Under the pieces are notes generated by a model. It made no database searches, was not told the DNA's origin, and saw only the letters and a list, made by a program, of their open reading frames with translations. From assembly GCA_964187785.1 (NCBI GenBank), contig OZ076409.1:82028001-82092000 (forward strand): a DNA stretch of 64,000 nt, written 5' to 3'. Source of the stretch: Amphiscolops sp. MND2022 (lineage: Eukaryota). Below, in pieces: positions 10,449 to 23,399 of this stretch. Each line of letters opens with the position of its first letter. Position 1 is the stretch's first letter. Made by a program: the position numbers and the translations under genes.

Positions 10449-10787
10449 GAAGCATACAGGGACGTAACAGTGGAAGGAATCTACCTTCTGACGGATGGCA
10501 AACCGGACACGAGTTGTTCTCTGGTCGTGAAGGAAGTCGCCAAGTGGAGGTTCGAACGGGAAAACACCAATTTCACATTCGAGCAAAAAGCTTCCAAGAA
10601 GCTCAAGAATGGACCTGCCATTCACACGATATCTTTCAACTGCAGTGACAACGTGGCTAACACTTTTCTCTCTCAATTGGCTGCCGACAACAACGGAAGG
10701 TTTCACGCGTTCCAGACCAATGACGTCACTGCTCAGAAGTTTGTTCATTCGTTGACGAAAGAAGACTCCGACGTCAATGACTATTCG
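10449..10787 (+). CDS. VWA3A: VWA3A-like gene, penultimate exon (von Willebrand A domain)
   Basis: ctttcaag acceptor and gtaact donor, 339 nt. Encodes GIYLLTDGKPDTSCSLV...IHTISFNCSD...FLSQLAADNNGRFH, matching the last vWA domain of VWA3A as I recall it. Confidence 0.8.
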
Positions 10788-12228
10788 GTAACTTAAAAAA
10801 TATTTTCTTAGAGTTTCTTCTCCAGAGTGTGTTACCGAGTAGTTTATAGAAGTAACGAAAGATAATCGAAGAAAGATCCGTCTGGGATTATTGTTGAAAA
10901 ATTGACAAAATAGTGAAAAGTGATACTTGAAAATGATAAAAATTTTGATAAAACCAATATGGATTATCGAAATTCATCCATATTCATCCATATTTTATCG
11001 TTTTACAGCAATTACCGAATTTGTTTTAGGTCAAATTTAGAGCTCGTCTGAATGACGGGGTATGTTTATTGTGGTTATGCTTGTCACTGCCTTAGTGTGT
11101 TGATGCTGCGTTGTATTGGTGTTTTTCCTATTCCTCAGAATGCCCTGTTTCATTCCCATTCCCATCAGGCGGCTTTTCACCACAAAAAATTTTCCACCAT
11201 TTATTTATGACCAAGATTTTTAGAGAACGCCAAAATCAATCAGCATACAAACCGCTGTTCAGTGTATTTATCAAATACAGTAGTGGGAGAAAAGTTTCGC
11301 ACTCCGATTTGTCACAAAAGTATCGGACGATAGACACTGTCCAAATACTCAAAAACTACCTCGTATTTCAAAAAACCATTGAAATTGAAGTGTGTTGAAA
11401 TTTCAATTAGAGTACAAATAAGGGCTCTTTTCTGGAAGCCAAATATCCACTAATTCCCATCATAAAGTTTGACAACCTCCTTTTATTTGCATTTAAAGTG
11501 ATAATCAACAATCTTTCATGGAATATTTCATAGCTAATCTTTGTACATGTAAAATTAAATAATTCTATCAAGAATTTTCACCTAGTTTTGCAATCATCAG
11601 GAAGCTGAAAATCCTGGACTGTGATTAATGGTGACCATCTTGACAAACATCAAATTGAAAACATTGAAGTAAGTGTTATTACCTAAAGTAATTAATTTGC
11701 TATCCCGAGCCAAAGTTTGGTGCTAATACATGGTAACTATGCTCATCTCATTTCAGATTGTTTTGATCACAGAATTTTCTTTCAAAAATATGAAAATATG
11801 AATGAAAACTAAATGAGATTCCAATAAACAGTGATTTCCGAGTTATTACCCGAACTCGGTACGTCCGAATAATTTTTTCGCGATCAAGGGTGCGGATCAT
11901 ATTTCCCACTGCTCTAGGGTTCTGGATGCTACTGACTATCACGTGACACATTTTCTTGGTTAAATACAGGAAATTGAACCTATTAGACGGACAAGAATGA
12001 TTTTGATTTATTGTTGATTAGTACTGAAACTGATGGCTAGCGGACACTTTTCAACTACAGTGTAGGACGTTGAAAATTTGCAAAAAGACATTCAAATTTG
12101 TTAACCAAAATCCGTCTGTTTTTATCAATATTGATTCCATTTGTCTAATTTCGAAAAGTAGACATTCCAAATTAACAAAATAGACATTCAAAATTAGCAT
12201 ACGCTACTATCATGCTATTGGAGAGGTT

Positions 12229-12876
12229 AACAAGCCGGGACCGGCCCAAGTCGGCGCCATATCCAAGGCTCAAAAATAGCAAAAAGACTTCCAAGTGTCA
12301 AGTACTCTTTTACAGTACTCGAAAATCGAAATTTTTTGAAAAAAAAATTTTCGAAAAAATTACATAGTCAAAAAAATGGACCGAGTGGCGCGCTAAAGTC
12401 TCACAATGCCGAAAAACTGAAAGGGTGGACCCTTTGAGGTTTTTCAACATCCATTCTGTCGCAAAACATGAAAAAAATTGAAGAAAACAAAAATTTTCAT
12501 TTTCGGGAAAAAATCTCACAATGCCGAAAAAAAACTGAAAGGGGGGACTCTTTGGGATTTTTCAACATGCATTCTGTCGCAAAACATCAAAAAAAATGCA
12601 GGGGGGACCCTTTGGGGAAAAATTTTTTTTCGAAAAAAAGTCTCGCAGTGCCGAAAAAAAATGGAACGGGGGAGTCTTTGGTCTCGCCCGGTATGGTATG
12701 TTACGCGGAAAAACAGAAAAAAACCTTTTTGGTTCAGTTCGCTAGACCAAATAGTGCATTTTGATGCAATAATATTTTGTAGAACTTGTAGAACTATTTT
12801 GGTCAGTTCGTGTGGATAGAAAAAAAAGAGTCACTATAATAGTCGCGTTTCACTTCATGAAGCGCCGACTAAAAAA
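12229..12876 (-). mobile_element. Helentron/DINE-like non-autonomous repeat (HINE-like)
   Basis: AACAAG end with a GCCGG hairpin, subterminal inverted AGTCGGCGC/GCGCCGACT, internal GGGGGACCCTTT subrepeats. A near-identical inverted copy lies at about 48620-49241. Confidence 0.65.
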
Positions 12877-12926
12877 TGAAAATGCTGCTTCGCATAGCGG
12901 CGGAAACTTTCAATCTTAATTACAAG

Positions 12927-12927
<1 letters not shown>

Positions 12928-12973
<46 letters not shown>
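12928..12973. repeat. (TA)n microsatellite
   Basis: Pure TA run. Confidence 0.97.
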
Positions 12974-12974
<1 letters not shown>

Positions 12975-13698
12975 GAGCAGTGGTCCGCTGAGGGATTACT
13001 AAAATTGAATGTCCATTTGGGAATTTTGAATGTCTATTTCGAAAATTAAATCTTTCATCTGATTGGTTCGGGAATTTTGAATGTCGTTGTGCAAATTTTC
13101 AGCGTCTTACACTGTAATCAGATCATTAGCATCGGCTTTTTGACTTGATATAAAATTTTCATCAAACCTTTATTTGCGTGCTGTATCTCTTCATTCTCTA
13201 CTTGATCAATACCAATCTAATTTCTGCGTCAGCTAAAGCAATATTGAATGCTGCTTTTTTGTCTCCAGTTTTGTCGGAGCATGCTTGTCGATATCTAAAC
13301 ACTTGTTTTGTTCACTGGGCTTGACATTTCACAAAATTTATTGAAATACAATAGTGTAAGAAATAAAACTGAACCTTCATTGGTTAAAAAAATATTGGAC
13401 CAAAACAAAACTAGCTCTGAATTCTGCTATCATCCAAGTTAATTGAAAAAAAAATTAAACGAACATTCTAAAGTTTTGTTGGGCACTTGAAATGTAGGTT
13501 TGCAAATAATGAAGAAACTTCCTAATTTTATTTTTCATTGATTGATTGTATTTACTACTGAATTGGCATATAGGACATCATTTTAGACAATTTTGTAACA
13601 TTTGGCACTTGATTTGTAGCTTTTGTTTATTTGGCAGGTACTTCTTCATTTCCTGAAGACATTCAACTAATATACATCAAGATAATTTTTTCGGTATG

Positions 13699-14177
13699 CG
13701 GAAAACTCGTCGAAAACAACTCGCCGAATGCAACTCGTCGAAAACAACTCGTCGAAAGTAAAGGGCGGAAAACTGGTCGAAAATTAACTCGTCGAACAGA
13801 AATTGAGTGTAAACTCGTCGAATAATTACAGATTGCCCACAGGGATTATCAAGTGCTAATTATGGATCAATTTTCAATAATTGATGCGTGAAATTTTCAG
13901 TTTCACGCATAAAATAGCTTTTGTAGTTATATAATTGCTTGAAATGTTTCACTTTCATAGTTTACAGCGCAGTACTTCATGATGATTTAGAACTTCATAA
14001 CACGGTAAGATTACAAAGTTAGCACTATATTTGCCTCGGATTATTTTCTGTTCTTGCGACGAGTTTATCGCTGGAGAATTTTCGGCGAGTTGCTTTTCGA
14101 CGAGTTTTCCGCCTAGTATTTTCGACCAGTTGTTTTCGGCGAGTTGTTTTCGACGAGTTGTTTTCGACGAGTTTTCC
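13699..14177. mobile_element. Foldback-type MITE with modular arms
   Basis: The left arm repeats AACTCGTCGAA and the right arm repeats its reverse complement TTCGACGAGTT. Confidence 0.7.
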
Positions 14178-14598
14178 TAGATTCATTTTTTTCTATCAAT
14201 AATTTCTATCAAGAGAATCTGTTAATCAAGGCGATTATACCCATTATCTGAGACATTCAATTTGTCCTTCCAGTCCCTTAAAATCATGGGGAAAATAGGG
14301 AATGAACGAAATCCCCATGTAAAATGCTAGCTATGTTTACATGTAGTCCAAATCATTTCTTGCAAATAAGGGTTCAGGTCTTTTCTTACACTATTGTAGA
14401 CTATAGATTAATCAGTTGGTGGTCGATAGCTTCAAATCAATGAATCCAATGTTTTACGCAAGTGAAAAGGTTTTTTTCTCCTCTTCAAGTAAGAAACAAG
14501 CAATACAAGCCATAGCTTGTGTTTGTATAAATTAAGTGCCGTCCAGTTATTTCACAAAGTCTGCATGTCTTGTTTGTTGAATGTAATGACGTGTTTAG

Positions 14599-14763
14599 AA
14601 AATCATGTTGCCCAAGTTTGAGTCCGACGACTTGAACAGAATGGCGAACGAGGTGTCTCTCGCCATCCAGTTTCTGCTACAGGCACAGGCATTCACTGAC
14701 CTCTATTCCCACACGCCCAAGCCCCACGAGACATTCTCACAGTCCAAGTTACGACAAAGTTAG
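14599..14763 (+). CDS. VWA3A: VWA3A-like gene, last coding exon
   Basis: gtgtttag acceptor, in phase with the previous exon. KIMLPKFESDDLNRMANEVSLAIQFLLQAQAF...stop resembles the VWA3A C-terminus (LPPFEGDDL...FLWQAQSF). Confidence 0.72.
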   Translation, partial: KIMLPKFESDDLNRMANEVSLAIQFLLQAQAFTDLYSHTPKPHETFSQSKLRQS

Positions 14764-17644
14764 TTGCTGACATCCTCAATGATACTAGCTAGGTCACTCT
14801 AAAATGAGATGTAAGTTTATGGAATCGGTCGCTCTAACATTGTTCCAGTCCATCAAACTGTCGTTAATGTGGATTTGTATTTCAACTACAAACTCGTTTC
14901 GAATCTAACGCGTTGACAATTGCTTTGGGTCACTCTCAAATGACTCTCAGAAGATGTTGATGGATGTTCCCGCTTTAGAATAGTTGTAACAAAAATAATA
15001 GTTCTGCAGATGTAATTTTGACTCACAATAATGCCATGCAGGTTTTTTCATGTAGAAGTTTTTATTTACAGGAAGTGCAGTGGAAAACTATCGTTGGAAA
15101 TTCATTACGCGGAATTTTCCCTTCTCCCCACAAAGTTTTCAAAAAGTACTTTTAGTGCAGTTAGGAAAAAATTCTTAACGTGCGAGGTTGAAAAGGAAAA
15201 AGCCCATATTTGCATTATAATTCCATCGACAACGTTTTCAAATTTGCACAACTAGTTCATACTTTATTCGATGTTACATGAAAGCAGAATAAAATTATGA
15301 TGGTTTTTTATTTTGACACTGGCCGTAAGCTTTTTGTCTTTTCCAACTAATGACCTTTTGTTCTAGTTGCATCGGAAGACGAATCTGCCAGTCAATATTC
15401 CACCCAGAGATGAATAGGAAAGATTTTTGGACACTTAGAAACATATTGAACGATGCTATACATTAGTGCTCAACACAAACCTAGTTTCAAATGCCTAGAC
15501 CACTTTCTATAATGTTACTCACAAAAATGACACTTTTATAAAATCTATCAAATCGATAATTTATTTCTTGACAATAAACGCTTTTGTTGGTATGTGGAAT
15601 CTGTTTATACGTCGATCAAGCAAGATCACAGTGACTGTTATAGAGTAAAGCGCACTGATGAGAAGATACTGAATTCGACATTCTATTGCGAAGATTTTAA
15701 CTTGTTTTGAGCCTCAAATGAAATCGTACATCCAAATCTTGAAGAGCTATTGATTGAAATAGCAAAGTTTTAAAACTCCTGTAGTCAAATATCAGACAAA
15801 TCAGCTAGGGAAGTTCACCTACCATATACGAAACTCATAAATGAGTTATATATATATATATATATATGTGGGATCAGAGGATGGTGAAATACTATGACTA
15901 GATGTTCAAGCAACGAAGACGATGAAGGTTTTACCCATCTCATTGAATGTACCGCTAAAACGGAAAGCGTTCATCGCTTAGTATCGAGGTTTCAACCTGG
16001 CATGCCAAAAGATCCAAAAAATCATGAACGGATCTTTCCTATGTGTTCCTTTCGCTGCTGCAGAGGTTGCCGAGGTAAAACCCAAACAAATTCCGCAAAA
16101 GCTCTTATTTGATAGCGACATAAGTTGGCAGTACAACATCGCGATCTTCCTGGTGCAAGAAGTCGAAAAGATGATTTCTACCAGAAGGTAATCGACGTAA
16201 CAAACAAAACAGGTGAGACAAAAGGACGAGAGCTGCCATCAGTGTTTTTCACAAGGTACCGAGCTGAGTGTTAAAAAGGCGCCCATTTATTGCAGTTTTT
16301 GAGAATACAACACAAAATCGTTCTATTGGTTAAAAAGAAGAAACTCAAAGGATGGTTTAAGAAGAAGGTTTACGATTTTGATAGTCAAGTAAGCTAAACC
16401 TCTGCGACAAAAAGAAGGAAGTTGTCGCTTCTGTCTCAAAGATTACCAAGAAAGGGTAATTTACACGAAAGATAATTCATTCTCGAAAACTTCATCTATT
16501 TCGTTTACCATGTATGCATGCAAACGTAGCTCGCCTATTTTTGTAAAGATCCCTTGTGTTTTTGTCAAGCGTAAAAAAATGAAATGTGAAAGAACCTGAA
16601 GAACGCAGAAATTGAGAATGAATAGATTTCCCTTTTGAGATAACGCCCACTGTTGATCATTTTAAGGTTATAGAAACATTTGATAGACTCGTTATGAACT
16701 AAAAACAATCTGTTTGGTATTCTGGGACATGATTGTATGCGACTTCAGCTAAAGACGCTTATGCCATAGAACTACATCCGCTGTTGTAACGCAAACCAGG
16801 TACGACTAAAAACGAAGGTGTAGCGATTATAGTTCATAAAATGCTGTCTTCTCAACAGGTGGAACTCAGCATGTACACTGACCCAAAAATTTTTGGCAGC
16901 ACAAGTGACATTCCAAACCATGAAAATGTTATTGGTGCGTGCGTAATCATAGAGCTCGCCATCGGTCAATTAGTGGGAAAAAACCATACAAATTGGAACA
17001 AATACTCGGCCAATTAGTGGGAAAAACCATACAAAGTGCAACAAACACTATCAGTGAAATTAGGATTTAAAAAAAGGTTAAGCCACGCTACTCAATGTTT
17101 TTTCAATCCTAAATTCACTGATAGTAATTGCTGTAGCAGATTCAAATAACTCAAAAATATGTTCAATTAGCGAAAGTTTGTTGCTTCAATTGATTGAAGT
17201 GATACATGTATTAATACATGAAGTTCGTTTCACAACTGAATTTTTACATTGTTACGAAAAGTCAATGTTGTTTCGTCCATCTGATAAAGATGAATCTTCA
17301 GACACTATCAGAAACGACAAAAACTACGGATCCACGCGTCTATTTAGACAGACAGCAGAAAGTTAGCTCCGAATTAGGCGTTGATAAACCAAATATCCTG
17401 GTCAAACAAACTCTCAAATGGTGTTCTTGCGAGCTTCTCAAAGATGCCGAAGTCATACCGATCTACAACAACGGCAAAAAATTGCCTGTGAAAAGTACAG
17501 ACCCATATCTTGTTTCTATGTTCTGACCGAGGTCTTCCAACACGTTGTTTATGACCGAATATAGATATTTTTGGACAAGCAAAACTTGTTGCAACCAAAA
17601 CTACTTGAATTCAGATCTAGAGACAGTCGGTCTTGCTGACACTG

Positions 17645-17734
17645 CAAGCAACGAACAGATGTTGAGATTAGAACTAATATATTTCCCCATGGGGAAATAT
17701 ATTAGTTCTAATCTCAACATCTGTTCGTTGCTTG
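17645..17734. repeat. Perfect 90-bp palindrome without spacer
   Basis: CAAGCAACGAACAGATGTTGAGATTAGAACTAATATATTTCCCCA is followed directly by its exact reverse complement. Confidence 0.95.
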
Positions 17735-18573
17735 ATCGAGAGAAAGCTTCTGATACCGTTAACTTTTCCTGGGAACAATATACTGTAATGGCAAAGTTAC
17801 GTGCTCTAGAAACTGGAGCCTTGCCCTTTCAACACTAGTTAATTTGTACCAAACAGCAAACTACTCTCATTTGTTCATGTTGCACATGTGTGGATAAAGA
17901 AATCCCGGAATACGTCTTGACAATGCAGATAGTTTTCAGACACATATATTCGTCTCTTGCCAGGTTCTGATGGGCACGCCACTCCCTGATCTTCTGAGTT
18001 CAGCTATCAATGTCAAGTTTCTCTGGAAACTTGAACTTGAAGACAGCTAGTCTCTCAGAAAGTATTGAAACAAAAGAGTGCCAATTTATTGTTCACCTAT
18101 ACCTATCACAACTTCAACTCAAAATCAATGCGCTCAATGACAAGCTATTTGAAAAACATTGTTCTCATAACTGTTGATTGTGGTATTGGATATCCACGGT
18201 TAAAGAAGCATTTTTATTTTTTGTTAAAACTAGAAATTGTACGGAGTCAGAACTTATGCTGGAATTGTTTCAAACGAACTTCAAACCGAGACAATCGAAT
18301 TTCAAAAAACGGTAAAACATCTGAACCGTCCTTTCTAATTGCATCCCTATCTACAATCATGGATTTCGGCAATTTTCTGGGCAGTTCAAAATATTATACA
18401 TTGGAGTTTTCTATTATAAGGTCCTTCTGATGAACTATTTGAGAAGAGTGGACTTTTGAATGTCTACGAACTTTATGCCCTAGAACATTAGATGTTAGCG
18501 TTACACTTAAGTAGAGGGGTTAAAACTCCTCGTGTATTCGAGCGATGTATCTTTTGCTCGGACAAAGAGGCAA

Positions 18574-20046
18574 CCCAGTGTTCGAAACCATGGCATCCTT
18601 GCCAAGATCCATGGCAAGTTCCTTGGTAGCCTTGCCAAGATCTTGCCATGATCGTGGCAAGGATGCCATGGCCATGCAAGATCGTGCAAAGGCTAACCAT
18701 GATCTTGGCAAGGATGCCATGATTACCCATGTTCTTGCCAAGGGTTCCATGGTAGCAAATCCGTTTTTTTTTTGAGAATTCTCAGTATTCGAAACCATGG
18801 TTTCATTGCAAAATTCACGTTCCCGATCGCTGCTTTAGACGTTATTCCCCTTTTGCATTCAGATCTTATTCCACAGACTTTTTTGCACTGAACCTTCAGC
18901 TACTCGTCTAGAAATCTCACTCGTATCAAAAACGTTTCAGTAAACTGTCCATTAAAAGAGACATTTTTCATTTATTCGAGGCTATTACATCAAAAATCAA
19001 TTACAAAGTACAGCAAATTTAACATCTAAAAAGAAAGAACAAGACGGGAACGTTTCAAGTCGGCGCTATATCTAAGGCTCAAAAAGCGCAAAACATTTTT
19101 TTGGGAAAAAACTTGAAATTTTCGAAAAAAAATTTCTTTCGGAAAATGTCGCACAGTGCCGAAAAATGTAAAAGGGGGGACCCTTTTTGATTTATAAACA
19201 CGCATTCTGTAGCAAAATAACAAAAAACTCAAAGGGGGGACCCTTTGGGGACATTAAAGAAATTTCAAAAAAAGTCTCACAGGGCCGAAAAAAAATCGAA
19301 AGGGGGGGGGGACTTTAGTCCCGTCCGGGCTTGTATGTAACGTTTAAAAAGTAAATGAATGCGCTCCCCGTTTGCCTTTAGCGGTCCAGTAGTTTAGTAC
19401 TTATTTAGTAGTTGAACGTTAATTTTAACGTTCGTTGCTTCGAGTCTGTCTTAAATAAAAAAAAGAAAAAAATGAGTGACTGTAATAGTCGGGCTCTTTT
19501 CTTAAGAAAAGCGCCGACTAAAAACCACTAAATACTTTCAAATATTTAGAGACTAGTATAGTATCGAATGAAAAACAAAAGGCATCATTGATTGAACAGT
19601 CATTCAGCATTAAAACCTGAGTAATACTTCAGATCTTATTCCCGTTCTAAAAGTTTAGATTTTCCCTTTTTTGACTTTAGATCTTATTCCCCTCCAATTA
19701 AGGAAACAGTGAATTCCAACAGAGAGCAGGAATAACGTTATTCGTTTAGACGTTATTCCCGGAACACGTTATTTTAGGTGTTATTCCTTTAGACGTTATT
19801 CGCGCCCCTTAAATTTCAACTAGGACACGAACAATAACTGAAAATGGTTCAATCGAATTTTTGACATGATATCCTTGGCAAGGACCATGACAAACCATGG
19901 TTATCTTGCCAAGATCTTGCCATGATCTTGGCAAGCGTTCCATGTATCATGATTAGCCATGATCTTGACAAGGGTACCATGGTTAACCATGATTTAGCAA
20001 GATTAACCATGATCATGGCAAGCGTTCCATGGCTTCGAACACTGGG
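18574..20046. mobile_element. MITE with CCATG/CTTGCCAAG subrepeats, containing a nested HINE-like copy (19038-19524)
   Basis: TIRs CCCAGTGTTCGAAACCATGG and CCATGGCTTCGAACACTGGG. The nested copy begins AACAAGACGGGAACG and ends GCGCCGACTAAAAA. Confidence 0.7.
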
Positions 20047-21530
20047 AACTGCTACGACTACCAAAACAATTAGCGGAAACGCAATGAGTCAAACGTTGGC
20101 ACCATGAAATACATTCGTAAACACTCAATTGTGCTTCACTTAGGAGCTCTATACTCTGTCAGAGGATTTAAGACTTTTAAAATTGAGACCAGTTGAAAAC
20201 ACATTTATTGCAGTCATCGAACAGGGACGATTTAGTGAGTTTTTGCCCTACTCGTGTTTTTAGTGACCAGGGGATCCTCCCTCGACTCTGCAAGGAATGG
20301 TGTCTCTACCAGCACATCCTAAATGGAACCCCTTCATAAGATGTTACGTGAGTTCTTTGTTTTTCTCTTTTGGCTCTATGCTGTTTTCGTGACGACGAAA
20401 CCTGGGTAAACCGATATACATGGTCCCCTTAAAAATGGGAGTAAATTAAACATGAAGACAATCTCTTCCTCCACACAAAAACTCACCAATTTTCACTCAA
20501 AGCGTTTCCTCTTACATGAGTCACATAAGTCAACTACAGACCGAAGGGGACTTCAATCATCTAATTGTCAAGTATCGTTACTGCTGAATCGTCTAGAACA
20601 AACTAAGTTTCTGCCTTGTCATTAGCAGTATTAACGAGACAAGTCGATGAAATGCTGCTGGAAAGAAAAAGTAGAATCAAATAAAACATTTAGGCTGACA
20701 CTGTTTTTGTTTAATACTCATGCGTAAGTGGGTCGTCCCACGTCTAGAGTCCTAGTGCCTGATCTGGCTGATTGTTGAAGATTGAAAAGAAGGCTGATGA
20801 TTTGAAGACTTGACTCTATCTTTTTCGGATGTGTATTATGAATTTGAGTTGAGATAAAGAGTAGAATTTATAGACAGGTATTGGTTACAAATGTAATTTA
20901 CATTAAGTGAAAAATCAATCCAGTCTGAAGAGTTCATGTTTTTTTTACTTTTTACCTTCTTCGATATCCAACAGCCCCGCTCAATGAGAAGTCAGATGAT
21001 TAGTTGGTAGAAAGCATATTGGATTAAATTGAATAACTTGTGAAGAGGAAGGGTTAAATTTTTGGCAGTTGGTCAGTTGAAGACTGCGTTGGAATGAGTT
21101 GTGAGAGGAGATATGATAGGAGACAGGCTTGGCCATTTGCTTTTGGAATATGTCGGCAACATTGTCGTTGGAGAGCTCGTGGGAGAGCTTGAAATTCTTG
21201 TCCTAAACAATTTGGTTGATGGAAAGATCGCGAGTCTGTATGTGTTTGTCCCGCTTCTGTGAAATCAGGTTGGTTGCTAGGGGGTTGCTAGTTAGTTGGC
21301 ACGACAAAGGAGAGACGTTTTTCCGGTCAGACTTTGCCGACGGACGGAAGTGTGATGACTTTTAAGTTACTTCGTAAGCTCCCGCCTCAGAGCAACAGTT
21401 GTGACGAATCCTCATCTTAAATTCATCGATACTAGTTTATGCGACTCATAGAGCGAAAGCTCATGCTTTATGCATCAGCGAGACTAACTACATTAAATTA
21501 CGCATAAATTGGTACTTTTAATTGAAACGT

Positions 21531-21790
21531 TCATAGCAAATCCATCAGCGGATTTGCTGGTGACATCAGTTGCTATTTTTACTATACCTCATCGCAAATC
21601 CATCAGCGGATTTACCAGTGGTATTCGCTAAAGATTTTACTGAAAGTTCATTGCAAAATCATCAGCGGATTTGCAGCTAATTCGGTCATGGGACTTGACT
21701 ACTCAATTTCATCGCAAATCCATCAGCGGGCTTCGCGGGACTTGGAATTTGCTATGATTCATCACAAAAACATCGCTAGTTTGTGATTTG
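21531..21790. repeat. Spaced array of a ~26-bp hairpin repeat (TCATCGCAAATCCATCAGCGGATTTG) with dissimilar spacers
   Basis: Copies start at 21531, 21589, 21648 and 21709, with a degenerate one at 21759. Confidence 0.8.
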
Positions 21791-23399
21791 ACGCCCTATA
21801 CACAAAAAACCATCGCAATTATGATGCTTAGTCTGATACCTCGAATTATTGTACTTCTCATTCTCTCTCTGAACAAAACACGAATCCCTAATTCATCGCC
21901 ATGCTAGAGAGACTGAGAGAATGGGTGAATACATCTTAGTTTCATCAAAAAAAGAGAGATTGTACTGGATTTACTTAGATTAGAGTAATTACATCGACAT
22001 TTCATCCTCAGATCAGAATTGTGCTGGAAATAGCAAATATAAGAGGAAGTTCATGATTTTTTCATCGTGAACCCAACTAGTGCTGAGTTTGAATGAATAA
22101 AATTGGGAATTCATCATTTTTACATCGTGTATCGAATTGATACTAGATTTCGTGGATTATTGCCTAAACTTCCTCACTTATCCATCCTTATACCCGAATA
22201 ATGACTAATAGGAGCTGTATTGATTCAAAAGCATCGTTTTATTATCGCTTATTATATTCAGTTCTAATTTGGCTCGGTGCTTGTGATAAAACCATCATTT
22301 CCTATCTCGTTTCTTTCTCTATGGTTACCATTGTGTTGTGCAGACAAGTACTAAGCTGTAAAGATTATGTGTCATTGTTAATTGGCATATATACAAATTT
22401 AGCATATAGAAGAGGCCCTCTTGCGGCAATTGGCACCACCGGTAATCACGTGACTTACCGATTAACACCCAGCTGATATAACCAATGAGAACGAAGGTTG
22501 GTAAGAATTGAGTCTTACCAACCAACCAAAAACGCGCGAATTGCTGTAAATTGAACCGCCATTATTGATAAGTCAGTAAGAGATTGCGACTAGCTACGGT
22601 ACATTCAGTACTTTACGTCAAACTACATCTGAAATTCATCTACATTTCCTTCTACCTAGTCGTAATCAACGACTGATCATTCCCTTACGATTTTCTACAT
22701 TGTGATGCAAAAGACGATCATATGCAATTTTGTTTTTTGAATGTCCTGTGAATGTAAAGGTTCTCGTTTGCAAATTCGCTGATTAGGGTATAAACTTAAC
22801 CAATTTCGATATCATTTTCAGAACGCTAATAAATTTATCCTTGCAACATGAATGTAATTGACAGCGGTTGAATAGCTACTTCTTTTCCGATTTACACAGG
22901 TTGTGACGGGGAGGTTATCATAGCACTGCTCAACGATCGGAAAAGTAAACAAGCAGCTGTTCTAGGAGTCCCAAGCAATCAAAACTCTCGCATGAAAAAG
23001 CATTATAAGACGTAGTAGGTCTAAAATCCAGGAAAGCGTTCTATAATTGTTAATCGTGGAAGCGAGATCAAATGCTCATTGTAAGAGCTATATAAGCGAA
23101 AACAACAACCTGCGGTGAAGGCTTTGGTGAAAACAATTCGTTAAGGACGGTCAGTTGCAGCGTTTGGGCGTACAACTTCCTGACAACAAGAGGTGAGGCA
23201 GATTCTGAGTCGAAAAAGAGATTGGGATTGACGTGTTGCTCACTCCAAAGAGTCTGGAGTTCAGAAACACAAGGCAGCTAGCAGTTGAGAACTCATAGAG
23301 TCCATTGGAAAGATTGTTTCTGCTTTTGGCTGAAGAAGCGGGAAGGTGGAGGGACCGGCTGAAAGCTCAATTCCGCTGTGTGATTTGAGCGTCCGTTAC

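Larger units (their letters stand above)
12058..13114. mobile_element. Tc1/mariner-type MITE with a nested HINE-like element and (TA)n
   Basis: TIRs CAGTGTAGGACGTTGAAAATTTGCA and TGCAAATTTTCAGCGTCTTACACTG, flanked by TA on both sides. Confidence 0.75.

Noticed and set aside
12310..12819. K/F-rich ORFs here and at 47018-49175 and 50176-50461
   Set aside because: They arise from A/T runs in the HINE-like repeats.
15870..18450. Possible decayed coding sequence or transposase
   Set aside because: No recognisable motif in the short ORFs.
21531..21790. True CRISPR array
   Set aside because: Eukaryotic context, no cas genes, and only 4-5 degenerate repeats. Kept as an unexplained array.
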